Of a stretch of DNA of 64,000 bases, positions 46,970 through 56,100 are shown piece by piece (the first letter of the stretch is position 1; each line of letters begins with the position of its first letter). A program made the position numbers and the translations under genes. Under the pieces are notes generated by a model, which was not told the origin of the DNA, ran no database searches, and saw nothing but the letters and a program-made list of their open reading frames with translations. The stretch is from Armatimonadota bacterium (GTDB lineage Bacteria > Armatimonadota > Zipacnadia > Zipacnadales > UBA5352): contig JBMNNW010000012.1 in assembly GCA_050942735.1 (NCBI GenBank), forward strand, positions 1,053-65,052. The letters run 5' to 3'.

Positions 46970-47045
46970 GCGCCGGTAGCTCAGTGGATAGAGCGCCGCC
47001 CTGCGGAGGCGGAGGTCCCGCGTTCAAATCGCGGCCGGCGTACCA
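46970..47045 (+). tRNA. tRNA-Arg(GCG)
   Basis: GCGCCGG/CCGGCGT acceptor, CCGCC-CTGCGGA-GGCGG, CCA. Confidence 0.93.
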
Positions 47046-47243
47046 CCTTTTCTTCGACGGCTCCGCGTGGATGGCGGAGCCGTTGTGCCGAAGGACAACG
47101 GGTCGGGTCTCTCAGTCTCGTGCACCGCGGCGGCTGCACCCGGAGCGGGTGCGCCCGAAGCGGGGAGATGAACTGCCGGCTGTCCCGCCGCAGCGGCGGG
47201 ACCCCGGCGTCATCCACCGCACGGGATCCGCCTGATCCCCTGC

Positions 47244-47320
47244 GCCCCCGTAGCTCAGGTGGATAGAGCAGCAACCTCCTAAGTTGAAGGTCGCCCGTTC
47301 GACTCGGGCCGGGGGCGCCA
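47244..47320 (+). tRNA. tRNA-Arg(CCT)
   Basis: GCCCCCG/CGGGGGC acceptor, anticodon loop CTCCTAA, GTTCGACTC, CCA. Confidence 0.93.
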
Positions 47321-47459
47321 TCCAGAAAACACGGGCAGCGGCACAGTCGTCCATAAGACGACCGCGTGGCCGGGCACTTTCGGCCCTTCAATGGGCCGCC
47401 GACGTTGCAGGGCGGGGACCTGCGCCCCGCGGACCCGGACACGTCTTACAGCATGCGGC

Positions 47460-47551
47460 GGTGAGGTGGCAGAGTCCGGTCGATCGCGCTCGCCTCGAAA
47501 GCGAGTAGGCCCGCAAAGGTCTCGTGGGTTCGAATCCCACCCTCACCGCCA
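47460..47551 (+). tRNA. tRNA-Ser(CGA)
   Basis: GGTGAGG/CCTCACC acceptor, CTCGC-CTCGAAA-GCGAG, long variable arm, CCA. Confidence 0.94.
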
Positions 47552-47861
47552 TACACAAGCAGCGACTGCGAAGGCCGACGGCAGCGCGACGAACGACAGC
47601 GACCGGACGATAGCGACCACAACAGGTCCACCGGCGGAACGTAGAGCATCGAACCGTATATCGCACTCCTCTACAGCAGCCCTTCGAGACGAGTTCTGTC
47701 CGTCGCTCTGCCAGATGAGAACCTTGACAGCTTGAGCCGATGAATCACATCTCGTTTGCGCAGGGCGGAGGGCCCGAGTTCTCCGAGTTTCGCCCCGCCC
47801 TGCCGCACGTCGCGGGTGTCGAGCCTGCATGAACTTTGCCGCGCCTGCCACAGCTTTGGGC

Positions 47862-47953
<92 letters not shown>

Positions 47954-48108
47954 CGGCAGCAACGCCGGCGACGGCAGCAGCAGGGATCACAACCCGCGGG
48001 ATGGCGCAGCAGTACACCGGCACGCTCGGGGGATCACAGTGCCCGACGGCCGTTGCCATCACTGTCGTTGCCGTTGGCGCCGTTGTCGCTTTCTTTGCTG
48101 CCCTGATT

Positions 48109-48380
48109 CGGTTGCGCTAAGCGGGGGACTGGCGGTACCCTGAACCCACAATCCGCCATAGTGGGGCCTAATTCCCGCCCGAGGATTCGTTGCTTGGCGT
48201 CTGACCCTCGTAAGTGGTGATGAAGGTTGGGTCCCGCGCAAGGAGACGGCTGCTGAACCCCGTCAGGCCCGGAAGGGAGCAGCGGTAGGCAGCAGGTCTC
48301 TTGTGCCGCGGATCACCTGACCGGAGCCGGCTGCGAGGGTAACGGTTGGGCGGCGTCTTCGACGACCGGGTGCGCAACCG
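48109..48380 (+). ncRNA. ffs: Large (Alu-domain, Bacillus-type) signal recognition particle RNA
   Basis: Helix-8 motif TCAGGCCCGGAAGGGAGCAGC; 5' Alu-like GCTAAGCGGGGGACTGGCGGTACCCTG...AATCCGC; terminal helix CGGTTGCGC/GCGCAACCG; upstream of dnaX. Confidence 0.9.
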
Positions 48381-48492
48381 ACTCAGGGCAGCAACTGAAG
48401 CGACGAACACGACGGCACAGGCATCTCGCAGCGGCGTTCCCGGCTCAAGCTGGCTTCACGAATTCGTGGCAGCCCGGACTGAAGGGGCATCC

Positions 48493-50172
48493 ATGGCGTA
48501 CCAGACCTTCGCCCTCAAATACAGGCCGCAGACTTTCGACGAGATCGTCGGCCAGGACCATGTGTCCACCACCCTCAAGAACGCGGTCTCCGAGGGGCGA
48601 GTGGCGCATGGATACCTGTTCGCAGGACCGCGCGGCACCGGCAAGACCTCCACCGCCCGCGTACTCGCCAAGGCCATGAGTTGCCTCAACGGCCCCACGC
48701 CCGCGCCCTGTTGCGAATGCACCATGTGCCGGGCGATCGCCTCCGGCAATGCCATGGACCTCATCGAGATCGACGCCGCCTCCAATCGCGGCATCGACGA
48801 CATCCGCGAACTGCGCGAACGCGTCGGCTACGCCCCCACGCAGGCCCGCGTGAAGTTCTACATCCTCGACGAGGCGCACATGCTCACACCCGCGGCCGCC
48901 AACGCCCTCCTCAAGACCCTCGAGGAGCCGCCCAACTTCGTCCACTTCGTTCTCGCCACCACCGAACTGCACAACATCCTGCCCACCATCCGGTCGCGCT
49001 GCCAGACCTTTGAATTCCGCCCGATCCCGCAGATCGAGATCGTCAAAGCCCTCCAGCACATCGCGCAGAGCGAGGGCGTGAACGCCGAGGAGGCCGCGCT
49101 CGGTGCCATCGCCCGCGCCGCCGGCGGGGCCATGCGCGACGCCGAATCCATCTTCGACCAGGTCATCGCCTACGGGCGAGGCGACGTTACCCTCGCCGTC
49201 GTCAACTCGATACTCGGCGTCACCGACGCCGAACTGCTCAGCTCCGTCGCCGACGCCGTCGCCGGTGGTAGAATCGAGGACGTCTTCCGACTCGTCGATG
49301 AGATCGTCACCTCCGGCAAGGACATCGGCCAGCTCCTTGAGGACCTGAGCCTCTACTACCGGGACCTGCTGCGGCTGTCGCTGGGCGCCCTGCCACCCGC
49401 GTGGATGCGCGCATCCACCGATGGCGAGGAGCGTATGCAGGCACAGGCGGCCGCGATGGGCCCCAGGCGCATCGGCGAGGTGATCGAAGAACTTGGCGAG
49501 GCCTCCGCGCGGATCCGCGACACCGCGCAGAAGCCGCTGCTGCTGGAGATCACGCTCGCTCACATGGCGTCGATCCCCGCGGAAGGGGCGATCGCGCCGC
49601 CGCCGGTGCAGCCGGCCGAGCCCGCCGCCGAGGAGACGCCGAAGGCGGGGGAGAGTGCGGCGGACGCCGAGGCGGGGCAGAGCTCAGAGAGCAGCGCATC
49701 GCCGGCCGATGACGCGACCGTGGAGAGCCCGGCGGGCGCGGACGAGGCGGATACCGACACCGACGAGGCTGCCGACGGACCGCTGAGCCTCGACGATCTG
49801 CGTGAGCGGTGGCCACGGGTGATCGAGGCGCTCAGCGAGGCGGGCCACCCGGCGATCGCCGCCATCATCAGCGAGACGGTGCCCAGCGCGGCGGACGGCG
49901 AGACCGTCACTGTCGCCTTCGCGCGCGAGTTCGAACTCTCGCGAGCGCGGGATGGCTACGCGCGCGAGATCGCCGAGGCCGTCGGGCGGGTGTTCGGCCG
50001 GACGCTTGAGGTCGCGTGCTCACTGCAGGAGCCGAGCGCCCCGACGGGGAATGATGAAAAGGAGCCGCCCGGCCCCACGGAGGGCGGCGCGGAGATGAGC
50101 GCATCGCAGCAGCAGGAGACAGTCCTGCGGCTGCTTGACGAGTTCGACGGCACCGAGCACACGCCGGGGTAG
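48493..50172 (+). CDS. dnaX: DNA polymerase III subunit gamma/tau
   Basis: LKYRPQTFDEIVGQ, GPRGTGKT, zinc Cys cluster, EIDAASNRGIDDIR, LDEAHML. Confidence 0.97.
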   Translation: MAYQTFALKYRPQTFDEIVGQDHVSTTLKNAVSEGRVAHGYLFAGPRGTGKTSTARVLAKAMSCLNGPTPAPCCECTMCRAIASGNAMDLIEIDAASNRGIDDIRELRERVGYAPTQARVKFYILDEAHMLTPAAANALLKTLEEPPNFVHFVLATTELHNILPTIRSRCQTFEFRPIPQIEIVKALQHIAQSEGVNAEEAALGAIARAAGGAMRDAESIFDQVIAYGRGDVTLAVVNSILGVTDAELLSSVADAVAGGRIEDVFRLVDEIVTSGKDIGQLLEDLSLYYRDLLRLSLGALPPAWMRASTDGEERMQAQAAAMGPRRIGEVIEELGEASARIRDTAQKPLLLEITLAHMASIPAEGAIAPPPVQPAEPAAEETPKAGESAADAEAGQSSESSASPADDATVESPAGADEADTDTDEAADGPLSLDDLRERWPRVIEALSEAGHPAIAAIISETVPSAADGETVTVAFAREFELSRARDGYAREIAEAVGRVFGRTLEVACSLQEPSAPTGNDEKEPPGPTEGGAEMSASQQQETVLRLLDEFDGTEHTPG

Positions 50173-50260
50173 GAGTTTCGCCTCCGGCAAGGTGCCGACC
50201 TGACTGATGCGGAATATGCACCACCGGGACGATCCGGTGATGAGGAGCCCATGATCTGCC

Positions 50261-50590
50261 ATGTTGAACCCGTTCCAGAAACTGATCGAGAGCCAGCTTG
50301 AGGGCATGCAGCAGCAGATGACCGATGCCGCCGAGGAACTCCGCGTGACGGAGATCATCGGCAGCGCGGGCGGCGGCGCGGTGAAGGTGACCGTGACCGG
50401 TCTCGGCGAGATCGTGGAGGTGGCGATCGACCCGCAGGTCGTCTCCGAGGGCGATTGCGACCTTATCCAGGACCTCGTCTGCGCGGGGGTCAGGGAGGCG
50501 ATGCGCAAGGCCTCCGACCTCAAGCGGGCGAAGCTGTCCGACGCACTGCCGCTCGCGGGCATGGGCATGGAGTTGCCCGAGATCCTCTGA
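50261..50590 (+). CDS. ybaB: YbaB/EbfC nucleoid-associated protein
   Basis: GSAGGGAVKVTVTG, IDPQV, DLIQDLV; dnaX-ybaB-recR synteny. Confidence 0.9.
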   Translation: MLNPFQKLIESQLEGMQQQMTDAAEELRVTEIIGSAGGGAVKVTVTGLGEIVEVAIDPQVVSEGDCDLIQDLVCAGVREAMRKASDLKRAKLSDALPLAGMGMELPEIL

Positions 50591-50593
50591 GAA

Positions 50594-50652
50594 CACGCCA
50601 CCCCGCGGCGATCTGAGAGAGACGCCGTCACGGTGAGCGTGGCCCTTTTTTT
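50594..50652 (+). terminator. Hairpin plus T7 tract between ybaB and recR
   Basis: CACGC-CACC/GGTG-A-GCGTG and CGGCG/CGCCG stems followed by TTTTTTT. Confidence 0.5.
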
Positions 50653-50674
50653 GTGACGAGGCGGACGATTCCGC

Positions 50675-51283
50675 ATGCTCAACTACGCCGAGCCCATCCG
50701 GGACCTGATCGAGCAACTCGAGAGGCTCCCGGGCATCGGCCCGAAAAGCGCCCAGCGACTCGCATTTCATATCCTGTCCTCGGGCCCGGAGCGCGCGCAC
50801 GCGCTCGCGGACGCGGTGGATGCGGTGCACAGCCGCATCCGGCGCTGCGAGCGGTGCGGCAACTGGTCGGTACACCCGCTTTGCCCGGTCTGCATCGACC
50901 CGGAACGCGACACCAGCGTGATCTGCGTGGTCGCCGACGCCAAGGACCTCATGGCCCTGGAGCGCGCGGGCGAGTTCAGCGGGCTCTACCACGTGCTCGA
51001 CGGGGTGCTCTCGCCGGTGGAGGGCGTCGGCCCCGGTGAGTTGCGCGTCAACGAGCTGCTCGAGCGGGTCGATGAGTTGGGCGTGAGCGAGGTGGTGCTC
51101 GCAACGCCGCCCACAGTTGAGGGTGACGCAACGGCTGAATTCCTGCGTGGGGTGCTGCTCGAGATGGGCGGCATCCGCGTGACTCGCCTGGCGCTGGGAC
51201 TGCCGGTCGGTGCCGACCTTGACTACGCCGACCAGGTGACCGTCGCGCGCGCGATGCGAGGCCGCACCGAGATGTTGGACTGA
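50675..51283 (+). CDS. recR: Recombination mediator RecR
   Basis: LPGIGPKSAQRLA, C4 zinc finger, YHVLDGVLSP, TOPRIM, GADLDYAD. Confidence 0.97.
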   Translation: MLNYAEPIRDLIEQLERLPGIGPKSAQRLAFHILSSGPERAHALADAVDAVHSRIRRCERCGNWSVHPLCPVCIDPERDTSVICVVADAKDLMALERAGEFSGLYHVLDGVLSPVEGVGPGELRVNELLERVDELGVSEVVLATPPTVEGDATAEFLRGVLLEMGGIRVTRLALGLPVGADLDYADQVTVARAMRGRTEMLD

Positions 51284-51387
51284 TCGGCCCCGGCGGATGC
51301 GCGCCAGTGCGCCCGCCGGTTGTTGCGTGTCACGAAGCATCCAGTTCACCGGCACAATCGCCGGTTCATGACTGAGGAGGTTAGTCC

Positions 51388-51957
51388 ATGGCACAACTGA
51401 CCGAGATCCGCTTCCACGGACGAGGTGGGCAGGGCGCTAAGACCGCCGGCTACATCCTCGCTGTGGCCGCCGCGGAGGAGGGCTGGAACATCAACGCCTT
51501 CCCCGAGTATGGCGCCGAGCGCCGCGGCGCGCCCATGAAGTCCTACGTTCGCATCAGTGACGAGCCGCTGCGCCTGCGGTCGGGCGTTCGCAGCCCCGAC
51601 ATCGTCGCCGTCCTCGACGACACGCTGCTGGCGACGCAGAACGTCACCGAGGGGATGGAGGACTCCGACATCCTGATCGTCAACACCGACCAGACCCCCG
51701 ACGAGATTCGCAAGCAGCTCAAGAACCCCAACGTGCAGGTCTACGTGGTGAACGCCACGCAGGTCGCGATGGACACGATCGGCCGCCCGATCCCCAACAC
51801 GCCGATGCTCGGCGCGATGGTGAAGGCCGCCGACCTGGTTGCGCTCGATTCGCTGAAGGCCGCCGTTGACGTGCGCCTCGGCGGGAAGCTCTCGCAGGCC
51901 GCCATCGAGTCCAACTACGCGGCCCTCGACCGGGCGTACGAGGAGGTACATTCATGA
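51388..51957 (+). CDS. porC: Pyruvate/2-oxoacid:ferredoxin oxidoreductase gamma subunit
   Basis: EIRFHGRGGQGAKTA, FPEYGAERRGAP. Confidence 0.92.
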   Translation: MAQLTEIRFHGRGGQGAKTAGYILAVAAAEEGWNINAFPEYGAERRGAPMKSYVRISDEPLRLRSGVRSPDIVAVLDDTLLATQNVTEGMEDSDILIVNTDQTPDEIRKQLKNPNVQVYVVNATQVAMDTIGRPIPNTPMLGAMVKAADLVALDSLKAAVDVRLGGKLSQAAIESNYAALDRAYEEVHS

Positions 51958-52292
51958 AGAAAGTCTATGCCCCTGACGCGAAGTGGCATGAGATGGAGCG
52001 GGGTGGGATCATCCCACAGGCCGGCAACGCCGAGGAGTACAGCGTCGGCGGCTGGCGCAACGAGCACCCCGTCCGCGATGACGAATGCTGCATCGACTGC
52101 CTGTTCTGCTGGATCTACTGCCCCGACAACGCCGTGCCGGTCAAGGACGAGTCCGTGAAGGGCCTCGGCTTCAATGCCGACCACTGCAAGGGCTGCGCTA
52201 TCTGCGCGGAGGTCTGCCCCAAGGACTGCATCACCATGGTCCCCGGCGGCGAGTTCGAGTCGGATGAGTCCGGGCAGTCGGAGGAGGAGTGA
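51954..52292 (+). CDS. porD: POR delta subunit (2[4Fe-4S] ferredoxin-like)
   Basis: CIDCLFCWIYCP and CKGCAICAEVCP. Confidence 0.92.
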   Translation: MKKVYAPDAKWHEMERGGIIPQAGNAEEYSVGGWRNEHPVRDDECCIDCLFCWIYCPDNAVPVKDESVKGLGFNADHCKGCAICAEVCPKDCITMVPGGEFESDESGQSEEE

Positions 52293-52294
52293 CA

Positions 52295-53476
52295 ATGGGT
52301 GAGCGAGTCGCCCTTGAAGGCAATGAGGCCGTGGCGGAAGCCATGCGCCAGATCAACCCCGACGTGGTGGCGGCCTACCCGATCACCCCGTCCACCGAGA
52401 TCGTGCAGACCTTCGCCCAGTTCGTCTCCGACGGCAAGGTTGACACGAACTTCGTTGCGGTCGAGTCCGAGCACTCAGCAATGAGCGCCTGCCTCGCCGC
52501 CGCGACCGCCGGCGGCCGCGTGATGAACGCGACCTCCGCGAACGGCCTTGCGCTGATGTGGGAGATCCTCTACGTGGTCTCCTCGATGCGCCAGCCCGTG
52601 ATCCTGACGGTCGTCAACCGCGCGCTGTCGGGCAACATCAACATCCACTGCGACCACTCCGACACGATGGGCGCGCGTGACTGCGGCTGGGTGCAGATCT
52701 ACGCCGAGGACGTTCAGGAGGCCTACGATAACCTCATCCAGGCCGTCTGCATCGGCGAGAACATGGACGTTCGCCTGCCCGTGATGAGCTGTCTCGACGG
52801 CTTCCTGCTCTCACACTCCTACGAGCTGCTCGAGGTCGAGGACGACGCCGCGGTGCAGGAGTTCGTCGGACCCTACAAGCCCGACAACCCGATGCTCGAC
52901 ATCGAGAACCCGATGACCTTCGGGCCGCTCGACCTCTACGACTACTACTTCGAGCACAAGCGCTCGCAGTTGGACGCGTACGCGCCCGCAAAGCAGGCCA
53001 TCATCGACGAGGGCAAGCGCTTCGGCGAGACCTTCGGCCGCGAGTACGGCCTGATCGAGGAGTTCATGACCGACGACGCGGACTTCATCGTCGTCGCCAT
53101 CGGCTCCACCTGCGGCGCGCTGCGTGATATCGTGCAGCAGCAGCGGGACGCCGGTGTGAAGGCCGGGATGCTCAAGATCCGCGCCTTCCGCCCCTTCCCC
53201 GCCGCGGAGATCGCGAGCGCCCTCTCGGGCGCCTCGGCAGTAGCCGTGCTCGACCGCGCCGCGTCATACGGCGCGAGCGCCGGGCCGCTGTATCACGAGA
53301 TCACCTCGGCGATGCTCACGCACGGCACCGTACTTCCCACCAACAACTACATCTACGGTCTGGGCGGCCGCGAGATCCTGCCCGAGGACCTCAGCAGCGT
53401 CTACGATGACCTGCAGAAGGTCGCCGAATCCGGGCAGCCCGCGGAGCCTGTCAGCTTCCTGGGCCTGAGGGAGTAG
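52295..53476 (+). CDS. porA: POR alpha subunit
   Basis: GNEAVA, AYPITP, VESEHSAM, RAFRPFP. Confidence 0.93.
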   Translation: MGERVALEGNEAVAEAMRQINPDVVAAYPITPSTEIVQTFAQFVSDGKVDTNFVAVESEHSAMSACLAAATAGGRVMNATSANGLALMWEILYVVSSMRQPVILTVVNRALSGNINIHCDHSDTMGARDCGWVQIYAEDVQEAYDNLIQAVCIGENMDVRLPVMSCLDGFLLSHSYELLEVEDDAAVQEFVGPYKPDNPMLDIENPMTFGPLDLYDYYFEHKRSQLDAYAPAKQAIIDEGKRFGETFGREYGLIEEFMTDDADFIVVAIGSTCGALRDIVQQQRDAGVKAGMLKIRAFRPFPAAEIASALSGASAVAVLDRAASYGASAGPLYHEITSAMLTHGTVLPTNNYIYGLGGREILPEDLSSVYDDLQKVAESGQPAEPVSFLGLRE

Positions 53477-53487
53477 GAGGAGAGCCA

Positions 53488-54417
53488 ATGCCTAACCTCA
53501 AGCAACTGTCCCATCGCGAGGTACGCCTCACGGGTGGCCACCGCCTCTGCCCGGGGTGCGGCGAGCCGATCGCCGTCCGGCAGATCCTGATGTCCACGGA
53601 GAACCCGGTGCTGGCCGCGAACGCGACCGGCTGTCTCGAGGTCTCGACCACGATCTTCCCCTACAGCGCGTGGAATATCCCGTGGATACACATCGCCTTC
53701 GAGAACGCCGGGGCCGCAATCTCCGGCGTGGAGGCCATGTACCAGTCGCTGAAGAAGCAGGGCAAGATCGACCCGGACGCCGACTACAAGTTCGTCGCCT
53801 TCGGCGGCGACGGTGGCACCTACGACATCGGCCTGCAGGCGCTTTCGGGCGCCGCGGAGCGCGGACATGACTTCCTGTATGTCTGCCTTAACAACGAGGC
53901 CTACATGAACACCGGCGTGCAGCGCTCGTCCGCGACGCTCATGGGCACGCACACCACCACCAGCCCGGCCGGCTCGGTGATCCCCGGCAAGCAGCAGAAC
54001 CGCAAGGATCTCACCGAGATCATGGTCGCGCACGACATCCCGTACGTCGCGCAGACCATCCCCGGTCGCTGGAATGACATCACCCGCAAGGCCGAGAAGG
54101 CCTTCGAGATCGAGGGGCCGAAGTTCATGAACGTCCTCACCCCCTGCCCGCTTGGCTGGGGCCATGAGGGCGGCCTGACCCCGGAGATCTCCCAGCTCGC
54201 CGCCGACACCTGCCTCTGGCCGCTCTATGAGGTCGAGTACGGCGAGTACAAGGTCAACTACAAGCCGAGGGACAAGAAGCCCATCGAGGCATTCCTCGAG
54301 CCCCAGGCCCGCTTCCGCCATCTCTTCCGTTCCGATGAGGGCGAAGCGATGCGCAAGGCGGTCCAGGAGTGGGTTGACTGGAAGTGGAACCAGCTTCTGA
54401 AGAAGGCCGGCGAGTAA
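53488..54417 (+). CDS. porB: POR beta subunit (TPP-binding)
   Basis: LCPGCG, TGCLEV, GGDGGTYDIG...NNEAYMNTG, PCP. Confidence 0.93.
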   Translation: MPNLKQLSHREVRLTGGHRLCPGCGEPIAVRQILMSTENPVLAANATGCLEVSTTIFPYSAWNIPWIHIAFENAGAAISGVEAMYQSLKKQGKIDPDADYKFVAFGGDGGTYDIGLQALSGAAERGHDFLYVCLNNEAYMNTGVQRSSATLMGTHTTTSPAGSVIPGKQQNRKDLTEIMVAHDIPYVAQTIPGRWNDITRKAEKAFEIEGPKFMNVLTPCPLGWGHEGGLTPEISQLAADTCLWPLYEVEYGEYKVNYKPRDKKPIEAFLEPQARFRHLFRSDEGEAMRKAVQEWVDWKWNQLLKKAGE

Positions 54418-54707
54418 CGGGCCTTTGGGGCGGGGTCTTCATCCCGCCGGGAACGCGAACGACCGCGGGGCGCCCATCCGGGCGCCCCGTCTCATTGGTG
54501 TGTCGCAGCCTGCGTCTCAGCGACGCACGCACACAGGTGTGGGCGCCCACGCCACGACAACGGGCTGCCTGGTGAGGGTGTCGGGCCGCCCTATCGACTA
54601 CGACTGACAGCGGCAACGACCACGCCGCCCCCGCGGATACGCTGCCGCCGGGGCTGCGTCTGAACCGGCTGCGTCCGGGAACCGAGGCGACGAGGTCGGC
54701 TCAGCTT

Positions 54708-55256
54708 TCAGCGCTGCACGGGGCGGCAGAGGATCTCGTGCACCTTGAACTCGCCCAGCTTCATCGTCGGGGCGGCGGTCGCGACGATCGCCGTATCCGC
54801 GCCCCGGCCCGTCCCGGCGACGAGCATGCACTCCTCCGCCTGCGTGACATGGCCCGCGTCGGCCGCCATCAGCCCGATCTCCACGCAGACCTTCGTCCCC
54901 TGCCCGAACGTGCGCAGGATGTTCGCCATCGCCCGCCCGGCCTCGGTGCCGTAGAAGTCGCCCGTGTGGAAAAGCATCGTCGCCGGGTGGAACCTGTGCC
55001 CCTTCTCCTCCAGCTCGGGCACCAGGTCGAGGTCGAACTCCGGCTCATCTCGCCAGCCAAACTGATGTGGCACGATGACCAGCGTGATCTCCGTGCCTTC
55101 GACCAGCTCCGCGGCCCGCCGCGCGGTACTTCCGGTGGTCGAGGCCACCACGATCGTGGACAGGTCCCTGGCCTGCGCGACGTCGATGGCCAGGCGCAGC
55201 GTCTCGTCGGTGTTGCCCTTTCCGGGCTGCTCGAAGTACGTCGTCTCTGTGCGCAT
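54708..55256 (-). CDS. Stand-alone pyruvate-kinase C-terminal-like domain protein (uncharacterised, archaeal-type family)
   Basis: YFEQPGKGNTDETL, VVASTTG, FGQGTKVCVEI..MAADAG, GTGRGADTA. Confidence 0.7.
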   Translation of the reverse strand: MRTETTYFEQPGKGNTDETLRLAIDVAQARDLSTIVVASTTGSTARRAAELVEGTEITLVIVPHQFGWRDEPEFDLDLVPELEEKGHRFHPATMLFHTGDFYGTEAGRAMANILRTFGQGTKVCVEIGLMAADAGHVTQAEECMLVAGTGRGADTAIVATAAPTMKLGEFKVHEILCRPVQR

Positions 55257-55403
55257 GATCGCCTCACCTCGGGTCAATACTTGCCCGTGCTCCGGGTGGG
55301 TTCCTGCCCGCGCTCGTTGAGGGATGATCGTCATCCGGCGGGAGCGCGAAGGCGCGTAGCGCCCGCGCCGGTGGGGGAGGCTGTCCACGGCCGAGGGCGC
55401 GGG

Positions 55404-56084
55404 CTACTGGTAGTAGCGGTGGAAGGCGCGGTGGACCACGGAGTCCTTCGGGAGGACGTCGTTGACGATCACGCCACCGAGCCGCGCGTGACGGTCCTCG
55501 AGGTCGTCGAGGCAGCGGCGCACGGCCATCGCGTCGCTTCTCGCCACGCTCACGAAGAAGACCAGATCGACGATGGGCGCGAGGGAGGTCGCGGTGCCGA
55601 ATCCGGTCATCGGCGTGCAGTCGATGAAGACGTAGTCCGCCTGCCCGGCCAGCAGGCCGAGCGTCTCACGCATCGTGGCGGCCGAGGCCAGCTCCGGCCC
55701 CACCTCCGGCTCCGTGCCGACCGACAGGACCGAAAGCGCCTCGACCTCCGTCGGCAGCAGAGCCTCGTCGAGGCTGACCCTGCCGAGGCAAACGTCGGTG
55801 AGTCCGGGGGTATCGTCGGGGAGACCGAGGCCTCGGGTCATGCCCGCGCCGTAGAAATCAGCGTCCACGAGTATCGTGCGCTTGCCGACCAGGCTGATGA
55901 CGGTCGCGAGGTTGACCGCGATGGTCGTCTTCCCCTCGCGATCACGGGCGCTGGTTATCAGCGCGGTCCTGAACGGCTCCCGCTCATTGAGCGCCATCAC
56001 GGACGACCTGAGGACCCGATAGCTCTCGAGGTAGGCTGATGCCGGAGGCTGTGGTCCAAGGATTGTCTCGGTTGGTGTCAGCAC
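55404..56084 (-). CDS. CpsD/CapB-type BY-kinase (cytoplasmic subunit)
   Basis: ESYRVLRS, Walker A TSARDREGKT, ILVDAD, FIDCTP, C-terminal YY; GGAGG plus GTG at 56084. Confidence 0.85.
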   Translation of the reverse strand: MLTPTETILGPQPPASAYLESYRVLRSSVMALNEREPFRTALITSARDREGKTTIAVNLATVISLVGKRTILVDADFYGAGMTRGLGLPDDTPGLTDVCLGRVSLDEALLPTEVEALSVLSVGTEPEVGPELASAATMRETLGLLAGQADYVFIDCTPMTGFGTATSLAPIVDLVFFVSVARSDAMAVRRCLDDLEDRHARLGGVIVNDVLPKDSVVHRAFHRYYQ

Positions 56085-56100
56085 CGTATATGCCTCCGTG

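Noticed and set aside
48493-50172. dnaX tau/gamma frameshift signal
   Set aside because: No A AAA AAG heptamer or long T/A run seen
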